A DNA stretch of 58,473 bases from Nanobdellota archaeon (GCA_038046405.1 JBBSWI010000008.1:60939-119411); one strand, 5' to 3'; counted from the first letter of the stretch, positions 36,389 to 44,022 are shown. Made by a program: numbers and translations. The notes: generated by a model from the letters alone, not told the origin.

Positions 36389-36486
36389 GCTCCCGTAGTG
36401 TAGTCCGGTCAAATTAATTTAAAAATTAAGACTAAGCACTAGGGCTTCTCGAGCCTTCGACCCGGGTTCAAATCCCGGCGGGAGCA
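36389..36486 (+). tRNA. tRNA-Glu (anticodon CTC) with a D-loop intron
   Basis: Acceptor GCTCCCG/CGGGAGC; D-arm GTGT-AGTCCGGTCAA...GCAC; anticodon loop TTCTCGA; T-arm CCGGG-TTCAAAT-CCCGG. 98 nt in total, 75 nt after removing 23 nt. Confidence 0.8.
36413..36435 (+). other. 23-nt D-loop intron of tRNA-Glu
   Basis: BHB layout: central helix GGUC/GACU, bulge AAA, inner helix UUAAUU/AAUUAA with loop UAAA, second bulge AA(G). Same position and architecture as in tRNA-Gln. Confidence 0.7.
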
Positions 36487-36520
36487 AAATAATAGAATTT
36501 TAGTGCCTAAAACAGGTTTC

Positions 36521-36541
36521 ATGCACCCGTAAAGGGTGCAT
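36521..36541 (+). other. perfect 8-bp hairpin ATGCACCC-GTAAA-GGGTGCAT, 35 nt after tRNA-Glu
   Basis: Seen directly. Function unknown (possibly a terminator or recombination site). Confidence 0.3.
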
Positions 36542-36631
36542 GATTTTATGTTCAATTTAGAAAAATTTTTATGGAGAAAGCATAGATGGTGGGACTGAAT
36601 AAATAACTTAAAAAGGAAAAGTTTTTATACT

Positions 36632-36663
36632 AGTTTAACTATTTAATAGTTTAACAGTTAAAC
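36632..36663 (+). promoter_or_regulatory. AGTTTAAC direct repeat plus perfect inverted repeat GTTTAAC-A-GTTAAAC (putative operator of cassette 1)
   Basis: Lies 15-45 nt upstream of the ATG at 36678, just downstream of a TTTTTATA box. Confidence 0.4.
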
Positions 36664-36677
36664 GGAGATAAAACAAT

Positions 36678-36941
36678 ATGGCAGAACAAGAAATAGTCAA
36701 AATGAGCCCTAAAGGACAATTAGTAGTCCCCCAAAATATAAGAAAACTTGAAAAATTTAAGACTGGGGACAGATTTGTACCGGTACAAGTAGAAGGCGGC
36801 GTATTATTTAAGAAATTAGAAATACCAGATGTTAGACTAGAATTTGATAGATTGGTAAAAGAACTAAGGGGTCATGTAAAGAGACAAAATATTACTCGCA
36901 ATGATGTGTCAGAGGCGATTAAATGGGCAAGAAAAGGATAG
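36678..36941 (+). CDS. AbrB/SpoVT-family antitoxin (cassette 1)
   Basis: MSPKGQLVVPQNIRK motif. Overlaps the downstream PIN gene. Confidence 0.8.
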   Translation: MAEQEIVKMSPKGQLVVPQNIRKLEKFKTGDRFVPVQVEGGVLFKKLEIPDVRLEFDRLVKELRGHVKRQNITRNDVSEAIKWARKG

Positions 36942-37342
36942 TTTTAGATACTAATATACTAATCTCTGCATTTGGCTGGAAAGGAAACCCTTATAGGATT
37001 CTAAATTTAGTAATAGACCAAAACTTTGAATTAATTATATCGCAGAAACAAATAGAAGAACTAAGAAGAGTTTTAACTTATCCCAGATTAAAAATTACTC
37101 AAGAACAACAATCTAGATTCTTAAATCTTGTTCTTAATATCGCTATTGTCGTAAAAACAAATGATAGATTAAATATAATAAAAGAAGATCCATCTGACAA
37201 TATTATTCTAGAGTCGGCAGCAGATAATGATGTAGAATATCTAATCTCTGGCAATAAACATTTGTTAAAACTTAAGAAATTTGAAAATGTTAAAATTATG
37301 ACTGCTGCCCAATTTCTAAGTTTCATTAAAGATAAATTTTAA
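36923..37342 (+). CDS. PIN-domain toxin (PIN_3-like; cassette 1)
   Basis: IVLDTNILISAF..., ...EDPSDNIILESA..., ...YLISGNKHLL acidic PIN residues. Confidence 0.8.
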   Translation: MGKKRIVLDTNILISAFGWKGNPYRILNLVIDQNFELIISQKQIEELRRVLTYPRLKITQEQQSRFLNLVLNIAIVVKTNDRLNIIKEDPSDNIILESAADNDVEYLISGNKHLLKLKKFENVKIMTAAQFLSFIKDKF

Positions 37343-37435
37343 CCTGATTATGGTATTACAATGAAACGTCCTGAATTTACGAAGCTTTTAATGGAGAAGA
37401 TTGCTACAATTGGACTGAAATAGAAACCTTTATAA

Positions 37436-37458
37436 GTAAGATAATCTTACTATCTTAC
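37436..37458 (+). promoter_or_regulatory. inverted repeat GTAAGAT-A-ATCTTAC plus an extra ATCTTAC half-site (putative operator of cassette 2)
   Basis: Immediately upstream of the GGAGGT SD and the ATG at 37476. Confidence 0.4.
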
Positions 37459-37475
37459 TAATGGAGGTATTAAAA

Positions 37476-37745
37476 ATGGATGTTGAAATAACAAAAATGA
37501 GTTCAAAAGGACAGATTGTAATTCCTCAAAATACTAGAAAAGAGATTAATGCAAATGAAGGAACTATGTTTGCAATAACTGCAGAGAAAGATACAATAAT
37601 ACTAAAGAAAATAAAAACTCCTTCAAGAGAAATGTTAATGCAAGAATTAAGAGAAATAGCAAAAGAAGGAAGAAAAAGGCTAGAGAAGAAAGGGGTTAAG
37701 GAATCTGACATTCAAAGGATTATAGAAAAAAGAAGGCTGAAGTAA
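37476..37745 (+). CDS. AbrB/SpoVT-family antitoxin (cassette 2)
   Basis: MSSKGQIVIPQNTRK. The start was chosen 7 nt after GGAGGT. Confidence 0.8.
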   Translation: MDVEITKMSSKGQIVIPQNTRKEINANEGTMFAITAEKDTIILKKIKTPSREMLMQELREIAKEGRKRLEKKGVKESDIQRIIEKRRLK

Positions 37746-38150
37746 ATGAATGTAGTTTTTGATACAAATGTATTAATATCTAGTACTCTATGGGACAAGA
37801 GTGTTTCTCAGAAACTACTCTTTAAACTTATAGATTCTGACATCAAAATCTATACTTCTAAAGAAATCATTCAAGAATATTCAAAAGTTATAAATAGAGA
37901 TTTTTATTATTCGCAAGAGGAAATCAGTAGAGTAACAAATACATTATTACCACTCTTAACTAACATAAGCCCTATAGAAAAATTAAATGTTATTAAAGAA
38001 GATCCTGATGACAATAAAATAATTGAATGTGCAATTGCTTCAAAATCAGATTATATAATAACTTATGATAAACATTTACTTAAACTACAAAAATTTAGAG
38101 ATATTATTATAATAAAACCAGAAGAAGCATTAAAAATATTTAAATTATGA
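37746..38150 (+). CDS. PIN-domain toxin (cassette 2)
   Basis: VVFDTNVLISS..., EDPDDNKIIECA..., YIITYDKHLL. Confidence 0.8.
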   Translation: MNVVFDTNVLISSTLWDKSVSQKLLFKLIDSDIKIYTSKEIIQEYSKVINRDFYYSQEEISRVTNTLLPLLTNISPIEKLNVIKEDPDDNKIIECAIASKSDYIITYDKHLLKLQKFRDIIIIKPEEALKIFKL

Positions 38151-38166
38151 GTTAAAAATAGTATTA

Positions 38167-38197
38167 TTCAAATCCCCAGCTAGTCCCGCCGGGAGCA
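38167..38197 (+). repeat. composite scar of the tRNA-Glu 3' end
   Basis: TTCAAATCCC (T-loop plus 3 nt of stem), then CAGCTAGT, then CCCGCCGGGAGCA (T-stem 3' strand plus acceptor, 12/13 identical to the tRNA). Confidence 0.7.
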
Positions 38198-38244
38198 ACT
38201 TTTATTATATATTTTGTAGTATATAATATACTTCTGTTTATTTT

Positions 38245-39012
38245 TTAGCTCTTTGCTATATCCCATAAAATATTAAAATAACTCAAAAATGATCTTGATG
38301 TTTCTAAGTCTTCTATCACTATTACAATAGGCTCTTCTTTCCTTATAAGTATCACTACTTTTTCTTTATGTATCAATATCTCTGATGGTGTAGCCTCATA
38401 TAAAAATTTCCTATCATACTTTTTTCCCAATTTTTTTTCAATACGTTCAACGTAGGCTTTGGAAGATTCATCAAAGATAATCTTTGTTTTCACGCCTTTC
38501 TTTAAAGCTAATTTGCTATACCTAAGAAAAAATCTTTCGAGTCTTTCTTCATTACTAGAAGCTCCTGCCCCCAAAATGTAAGCTTTGTCGTTCTTATGGC
38601 AATTAGAGACTAGATCTAAGTACACAGTTTCCATCCCTTTCCATCCGATGAATACCCCTACTTTTGTTTCTTTGACTTTCTTGTTTTTTATCGTGTTTAA
38701 TTTAGGAAGTAAGTTATCTAAAAGTTCTTGGTTTTTCATTATTTCTTCTTTCTTTTTGTCTAGGTAATCTTTAATCCTTAAGGGAGGAGCCGGTGAAAAA
38801 TGTTTTACGTTATTTTTTGTTATAATGCTGACTAAACCTTTTTCTATAAGTTTGTCTATGACATAGTATAACTTAGATGGCGCTGTCTTGGACTCCTTCA
38901 GGATACTGCCTTTACTAGAGATTCCTATTTTTAACAAAGCAACATATACCTTAATCTCCGAATTAGTTAGGCCTATATTTCTAAGAATTTGATAGTCTAC
39001 TTCATTTACCAT
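38245..39012 (-). CDS. TrmB-like winged-helix regulator with an uncharacterised C-terminal domain
   Basis: N-terminus LTNSEIKVYVALLKIGISSKGSILKESKTAPSKLYYVIDKLIEKGLV. Paralog of 53117-53866. Confidence 0.7.
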   Translation of the reverse strand: MVNEVDYQILRNIGLTNSEIKVYVALLKIGISSKGSILKESKTAPSKLYYVIDKLIEKGLVSIITKNNVKHFSPAPPLRIKDYLDKKKEEIMKNQELLDNLLPKLNTIKNKKVKETKVGVFIGWKGMETVYLDLVSNCHKNDKAYILGAGASSNEERLERFFLRYSKLALKKGVKTKIIFDESSKAYVERIEKKLGKKYDRKFLYEATPSEILIHKEKVVILIRKEEPIVIVIEDLETSRSFLSYFNILWDIAKS

Positions 39013-39080
39013 ATAGGCCCTACCAATGGGGGAGCTTATATTTAAATATTTCTTTTTAGGCTAATCATTTAGTAGTAAAA

Positions 39081-39545
39081 ATGGTAAACCTAGAAGTGTT
39101 AAACATCAAACTAAGAAAATGCAAAAGGGAAGACGTCGGATTTGTATATGAGTTGATGAGGTATTACTTGGCTGATTTTTTTAATAATTACACTAAAGAA
39201 GGGTGGTCAAGAGACTTATTTAAAGAAAAATTTGATAGTAATAGAGTTACGATTATTGAGCATGAGGATATGCCTATAGGTTTTGTAGATTATGAAGTAA
39301 TAAACAACGAAATTTATATACATAATTGCAATATATCCCATGATTATCAGGGATTAGGAATTGGTTCTTATATAGTTAAGACAATCGAAGATATAGCTTT
39401 ATCTAAAGGTATTAAAAATTTAAGAAGTAAGATATTTATAAAAAATCAAAAATCCATGGCTTTTGCTTTTAAAAACGGATTTGTTATTTGTGATAAATCC
39501 ACTGAAGAAGATTCGTATATAGTTAAAAAAATCCTAAATATATAA
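39081..39545 (+). CDS. GNAT family N-acetyltransferase
   Basis: HDYQGLGIGSYIVKTIEDIALSKG acetyl-CoA motif A. Confidence 0.8.
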   Translation: MVNLEVLNIKLRKCKREDVGFVYELMRYYLADFFNNYTKEGWSRDLFKEKFDSNRVTIIEHEDMPIGFVDYEVINNEIYIHNCNISHDYQGLGIGSYIVKTIEDIALSKGIKNLRSKIFIKNQKSMAFAFKNGFVICDKSTEEDSYIVKKILNI

Positions 39546-39549
39546 AAAA

Positions 39550-40230
39550 ATGGAAAGCATCGGAGTCAATTCTAAATATTTTAATAGTATATCCCTATTT
39601 TTTGTAGCGTTTCTTATGATATCTAATACAGTGGCAGTCAAATTAATAAGCATTGGCCCCTTTATATTCACAGGAGCCATCATTATTTTTCCAATTACAT
39701 ACATATTTGGTGATATACTTACAGAAGTTTACGGTTATAGACGTTCCAGAAAAATAATATGGGGCGGTTTTATTGCAATATTGTTTATGTCTTTTATTTA
39801 CTGGATTGTCGGCCTTCTTCCATCTGCCCCGTCTTGGCAAAATCAACCTGCTTATGACTCTATTTTAGGACTTGTACCCAGAATAGTTATTGCGTCGCTA
39901 ATTGGATACTGGGCAGGCGAGTTTTCTAACTCTTTTGTATTAGCTAAATTTAAAATTATAACAAAAGGCAGATATCTTTGGACAAGAACTATAAGTTCTA
40001 CTCTAATTGGGGAAGGAATAGATACAGTACTATTTGTACTAATTGGATTCTTTGGTATAATTCCAAATAGTTTATTGCCAGTAGTTATTCTTTCTGGCTA
40101 CATGTTTAAAGTGCTTTATGAAGTAATAGCAACTCCAATAACCTATAAAATAGTTAAATTCCTAAAAAAAGCTGAGGGGTATGATCATTTTGATTATAAT
40201 ACAAACTTTAATCCATTCATGATAAAATAA
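39550..40230 (+). CDS. yhhQ: queuosine-precursor (preQ0/preQ1) transporter, YhhQ/VUT (DUF165) family
   Basis: FPITYIFGDILTEVYGYRRSRKIIWGGF motif, 6 TM. Confidence 0.75.
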   Translation: MESIGVNSKYFNSISLFFVAFLMISNTVAVKLISIGPFIFTGAIIIFPITYIFGDILTEVYGYRRSRKIIWGGFIAILFMSFIYWIVGLLPSAPSWQNQPAYDSILGLVPRIVIASLIGYWAGEFSNSFVLAKFKIITKGRYLWTRTISSTLIGEGIDTVLFVLIGFFGIIPNSLLPVVILSGYMFKVLYEVIATPITYKIVKFLKKAEGYDHFDYNTNFNPFMIK

Positions 40231-40286
40231 AGATAGAATTTTAAGAGTCTGTCTATATATCTTGAAGGTTCCTCACAGAACTCTTT

Positions 40287-40433
40287 TTATTTTCTTAATT
40301 TAACAAAAATCAGATTGCCTTCAGAAGTCACATCTACATCAAACTCATCGCCTTGCTGCAAGCTTGCTCTTTTTATCTTTTCAATTGGTATTGTGATAAA
40401 ATGATTGCCTTTATAGGTTTGTAATTTTACCAT
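40287..40433 (-). CDS. orphan AbrB/SpoVT-like small protein (48 aa)
   Basis: MVKLQTYKGNHFITIPIEKIKRASLQQGDEFDVDVTSEGNLIFVKLRK. Below the ORF-track size cutoff. Confidence 0.45.
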   Translation of the reverse strand: MVKLQTYKGNHFITIPIEKIKRASLQQGDEFDVDVTSEGNLIFVKLRK

Positions 40434-40518
40434 ACAAAAGACATTTATATAACCACTAATTTATAAATTTTATATATCGGAATGACTAAACTTACCTGAT
40501 AAGTTGTAGGGCATATAT

Positions 40519-40537
40519 AATGCTCGGCGGGAGCATT
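40519..40537 (+). repeat. third partial copy of the tRNA-Glu 3' end (CTCGGCGGGAGCA, 12/13) embedded in the hairpin AATGCTC-GGCGG-GAGCATT
   Basis: A G+C-rich 11-nt exact match (CGGCGGGAGCA) to the tRNA-Glu acceptor end, in AT-rich surroundings. Confidence 0.5.
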
Positions 40538-40621
40538 ATTTAGAGCAACCTTGATGCCTCTTGCGTTATACAACAACCTAAAATAAAATTTATACTAATC
40601 AATCGATTTAAACATTATAAA

Positions 40622-41671
40622 TCAGTCTTTTAATAAAGAATCAAGTTGTTTTATATGTTTAGAAAGATAAAAAGTGAAATCAGTAGCTTTTTTGTGGTAA
40701 CTTGGTATTTGTTCTGAACCCATAGGTAGGGTAAACCCTTTGAATGTTTTTGTTAACGTTTCCCCTTTCTTTAATAGGTCTTCTTCTATGAAACCTTTTT
40801 CTCTATCATACATTGTATAGATTTTTGGCATATTACCAAAAAAGAAATTAAAATGTTCATTATTGCTTAGGAGAGGAGACGACCTAAATAAAATATACAC
40901 TGCTGCAGATATGGTGTTCAATATATCTTGATCGTTCGATATTACCCTCACATTTCTGTTTTCTGCTATGCCCTCAAATAGCACCGTTGAAGCCAATTCT
41001 ATGTCTGTGTCTTCATCATAATTATGGTTCTCTTTTCTAACATCAAAGAAGTCTGCTAGATCCTTAAAGAAATCTTTGATTAAAAAGTAAGGTACACTTT
41101 TTAAATTTTCAGAATATTCTTTATCTGGCAACATGCTTTTAAGCCTCGTTATACTTTCTTTATATCTTAATAGCGAATTATAAATTTGATAGTTTTCGTC
41201 TCTACCCCTATTTAATATAGCATTAAACTGTGTGAATAAGAAGTTTTGCCCCCTCCATTCTATATTCTGAACATTGTTTTGAATCTGCTTTTTCACCTGT
41301 TTTATAACACCTGTGGTTATCTTAGAATCTTTGATACTATCGAGAAGATCATTAGTAAATTCCGATGACATTATTGCTCTCTCTAAATCTGATGTGGGAA
41401 TGTCTATGTTTCCAGACAAATTCTTTTCAGGGTCAGCACCAGAACCAGATTTTCTTCTGTCGAGATGATTTTTATAAATACTCCATTGTTCACTAGGCCA
41501 AAGTATATTTGTGTCTAGGAAGGTGATAGTATTACGCGAATATAGAAGTTCTAATTTGTTGGCTTCAACTTGCTCAACAGAAGATTCTATTCCTTCATTA
41601 GCTTTAATTTCTTCAGATGTAGGTTGCTGTTCTTCTCCATCTTTTTCTCTATCCTGATCACAATCGGTCAT
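40622..41671 (-). CDS. large atypical PIN-like domain protein with an acidic N-terminus and a long helical insert
   Basis: ITFLDTNILW, DEDTDIELASTVLF and RVISNDQDIL are spaced like the PIN catalytic acidic residues but separated by about 170 aa. Confidence 0.45.
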   Translation of the reverse strand: MTDCDQDREKDGEEQQPTSEEIKANEGIESSVEQVEANKLELLYSRNTITFLDTNILWPSEQWSIYKNHLDRRKSGSGADPEKNLSGNIDIPTSDLERAIMSSEFTNDLLDSIKDSKITTGVIKQVKKQIQNNVQNIEWRGQNFLFTQFNAILNRGRDENYQIYNSLLRYKESITRLKSMLPDKEYSENLKSVPYFLIKDFFKDLADFFDVRKENHNYDEDTDIELASTVLFEGIAENRNVRVISNDQDILNTISAAVYILFRSSPLLSNNEHFNFFFGNMPKIYTMYDREKGFIEEDLLKKGETLTKTFKGFTLPMGSEQIPSYHKKATDFTFYLSKHIKQLDSLLKD

Positions 41672-41761
41672 CTTTATAATGCCTGCAGGTAAATTTTTAA
41701 AGCTTTTTATTTAAAAAATTTTAGATTGATTGTAATTTGTGAAAGGTAAGCGGCTGAAAAA

Positions 41762-42889
41762 TTATGTATCTGAACTTCTAATCTGACTCCAGGAATTATC
41801 TTTAACCGAATTTCTTATTATTTCTGCAGCTTTTAATGCAGATTCTGGATTTGCCAATACACTTGCATTATTCTTCATCAGCATAAGCCTTTTGTTGTTT
41901 TTAATAAGATCGTAGATGATTTGCTTTAAGTGTTCTAGTGATTTTACTTTTATAGCGACATCTTTTGAGATTAGATAAGCGGTGTTTTTCTCTTCTATTC
42001 CTGGCAAAGGATTTGTAATGATTAAGGGATGCCTTATTGCAAGTAACTCTGAAGAAGTTAAGCCACCCGGTTTGGTAATAACAATATCTGCAATCCTGTA
42101 AACCTCATCTATGTCTTCCGTATATTCAAAAACTTTTATGCCAGGAAATTTTTTCTCTAGTTTTTCTTTTAGGGTTTTATTATTGCCAATACTAATTATT
42201 ATCTCAAAATCATTTTTTATGGTATTTATTATCTTCTCGTAATAGCCAAGCCCCGCACCACCCCCTAACACAAGAATCGTGGTTTTGTCACTTAGCTTGT
42301 ACTTTCTCCTTAAAACATGTTTGTCTTTCTTTACAGAAAATTCAGGATCTATAGGCACTCCTGTGATAAATATCTTTTTATTCAGATGACTCATCCTTTC
42401 TTCAATTTCTTTGTTTGGCACTAGAATTATGTCGGCATTGGTCCTTAAATGATATGACATCAAATCAAAATCCGTTACGACATAAACCAATGGTACATTT
42501 ATCCTTAATTTTGATATTGCAGTGCATGGAAACGCATGAGTGCAAACGATAATATCCGGGCTGCATTTTTTTAGGATTATACTAAATTTTCTTTTATAGT
42601 ATGAATAAACCAAAATTTCTAATGGCATTAATACTTTTAATATGGAATTTTCATATTTATAAAGCAACCTAAGCACGGCTGGAATTGTTTTGAGCAATGA
42701 CAGTCTTACATATTTTAATATCCTTTCAAAATTGGTTGTGCTCTCATATAATGCATTTAATGTTGTTACTTCTACATCTTTGTATAGCCGTCTTAATGAC
42801 TTTTCTATCGCCTGAGCTGATCTCTTGTGACCATAACCAAGAGCGGCAGTGTATAGTATAAGCACTTTCATTATGGAATTAAGATTCAC
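41762..42889 (-). CDS. GT28-family glycosyltransferase (MGDG synthase / UgtP-like)
   Basis: MKVLILYTAALGYGHKRSAQAI N-terminus and C-terminal ...ITKPGGLTSSELLA. Confidence 0.75.
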   Translation of the reverse strand: MNLNSIMKVLILYTAALGYGHKRSAQAIEKSLRRLYKDVEVTTLNALYESTTNFERILKYVRLSLLKTIPAVLRLLYKYENSILKVLMPLEILVYSYYKRKFSIILKKCSPDIIVCTHAFPCTAISKLRINVPLVYVVTDFDLMSYHLRTNADIILVPNKEIEERMSHLNKKIFITGVPIDPEFSVKKDKHVLRRKYKLSDKTTILVLGGGAGLGYYEKIINTIKNDFEIIISIGNNKTLKEKLEKKFPGIKVFEYTEDIDEVYRIADIVITKPGGLTSSELLAIRHPLIITNPLPGIEEKNTAYLISKDVAIKVKSLEHLKQIIYDLIKNNKRLMLMKNNASVLANPESALKAAEIIRNSVKDNSWSQIRSSDT

Positions 42890-42971
42890 AAAAATTAAAA
42901 AGCTTAGTGTTACACCCTAGTTAAAGGCAATGTATTTAAATCATTGAAACTAGCTCTTTAAAATATTCAAA

Positions 42972-43760
42972 ATGGCACAAAAAAAGTCAACTAAAAGAAT
43001 TTATATGTTTATATTCCTTGTTTTCTTAGTCGGAATTACAGTAGGATTAAGCATAAATTATAAGATAAAGCCCGAGAATTATCAAACTATAGTAAAGCAG
43101 AATGTTGACATAATAAAATATGAGCCCACTAATTTGTACAACAAAGACCTTGGAATATCACAACTTAAGATTCCTGCTGTTGACAATAATGGCGATGGCG
43201 TTACTACAACCTTAATAGTTGAAGCTGTTCCCGGGACAGGAAAAACTCTAGTGGACATTGACAGTTTGCTGTTTATTGCCGACACACAGAACAGTATCAG
43301 AGTTGCTAAGGAAGTAGCCTCCCAGTTTACAGGACTTGACTTAAGCAAATATGACCTAATCTACCATTTAGACGCTAACGCATCTGTTATAGGCGGCCCA
43401 AGCGCTGGAGCAGCCGTTACTATAGCTACTATCTCTGCTTTAGAAAAGCGATCATTAAAACAAGATGTCATGATTACCGGTGGAATAAATCATGACGGCA
43501 CTATAAGCCCTGTTGGGGGCATAGTAGACAAGGCGAAAGCAGCAAAAAGCGTAGGCGCAAACTTATTCTTAGTTCCACTAGACCAGAAAGAAGAAGTTGT
43601 TTATGAAAACAAGGAATATTGCAGGAGAATAGGCATAACAGAATTCTGCTCAATAGAGCAAATCCCAAAGAGAATAAGCGTGGAAGACGAGGCAAAAATA
43701 ACTGTGCTAGAAGTAAACAACATCACTGAAGCTTATAGCTATTTTATTAGGCCTTCTTAG
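42972..43760 (+). CDS. membrane-anchored S16 (Lon C-terminal) serine protease without an ATPase domain
   Basis: N-terminal TM. GGPSAGAAVTIA (Ser) and GGIVDKAKAAKSVG (Lys) dyad. Confidence 0.8.
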   Translation: MAQKKSTKRIYMFIFLVFLVGITVGLSINYKIKPENYQTIVKQNVDIIKYEPTNLYNKDLGISQLKIPAVDNNGDGVTTTLIVEAVPGTGKTLVDIDSLLFIADTQNSIRVAKEVASQFTGLDLSKYDLIYHLDANASVIGGPSAGAAVTIATISALEKRSLKQDVMITGGINHDGTISPVGGIVDKAKAAKSVGANLFLVPLDQKEEVVYENKEYCRRIGITEFCSIEQIPKRISVEDEAKITVLEVNNITEAYSYFIRPS

Positions 43761-44002
43761 TTATAATGACCTTTAAAAGTTAATGGCACAGGATTTATCT
43801 GCCTGCAATCCGGGCATTCAATATAAGGAAAATCCATTGTCCATGCTTTTTCTTTGTTATATTTGCCGCACATCTTGCATATGTACTCAATAGTTATTTC
43901 TAAATTAAGTTTGTCTTCTTTAACAGACAGAACTGTAAACATATCATCTTTTACTTTACTACCAATTGCCACAAATTTTTTTAATAATGTATTTAAATAC
44001 AT
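43757..44002 (-). CDS. small zinc-ribbon protein, hypothetical
   Basis: CKMCGK...CPDCRQ. The start was moved to the ATG at 44002 because the longer ORF overlaps tRNA-Val. Confidence 0.45.
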   Translation of the reverse strand: MYLNTLLKKFVAIGSKVKDDMFTVLSVKEDKLNLEITIEYICKMCGKYNKEKAWTMDFPYIECPDCRQINPVPLTFKGHYN

Positions 44003-44022
44003 AATGAATCCTGCATCTGTAT

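Larger units (their letters stand above)
36487..38197 (+). mobile_element. tRNA-Glu-linked insertion carrying two AbrB-PIN cassettes, bounded by a partial copy of the tRNA 3' end (integrase-less remnant)
   Basis: The left border is the tRNA-Glu 3' end. The right border at 38167-38197 repeats TTCAAATCCC...CCCG(C)CGGGAGCA. Confidence 0.5.

Noticed and set aside
38167-38197. The tRNA 3' fragments as genes for split tRNA halves (Nanoarchaeum type)
   Set aside because: Intact full-length tRNA-Glu and tRNA-Val genes with the same 3' ends are present upstream. The fragments lack an upstream GC-rich leader that could pair with a 5' half, and they are interrupted by a 7-8-nt spacer.
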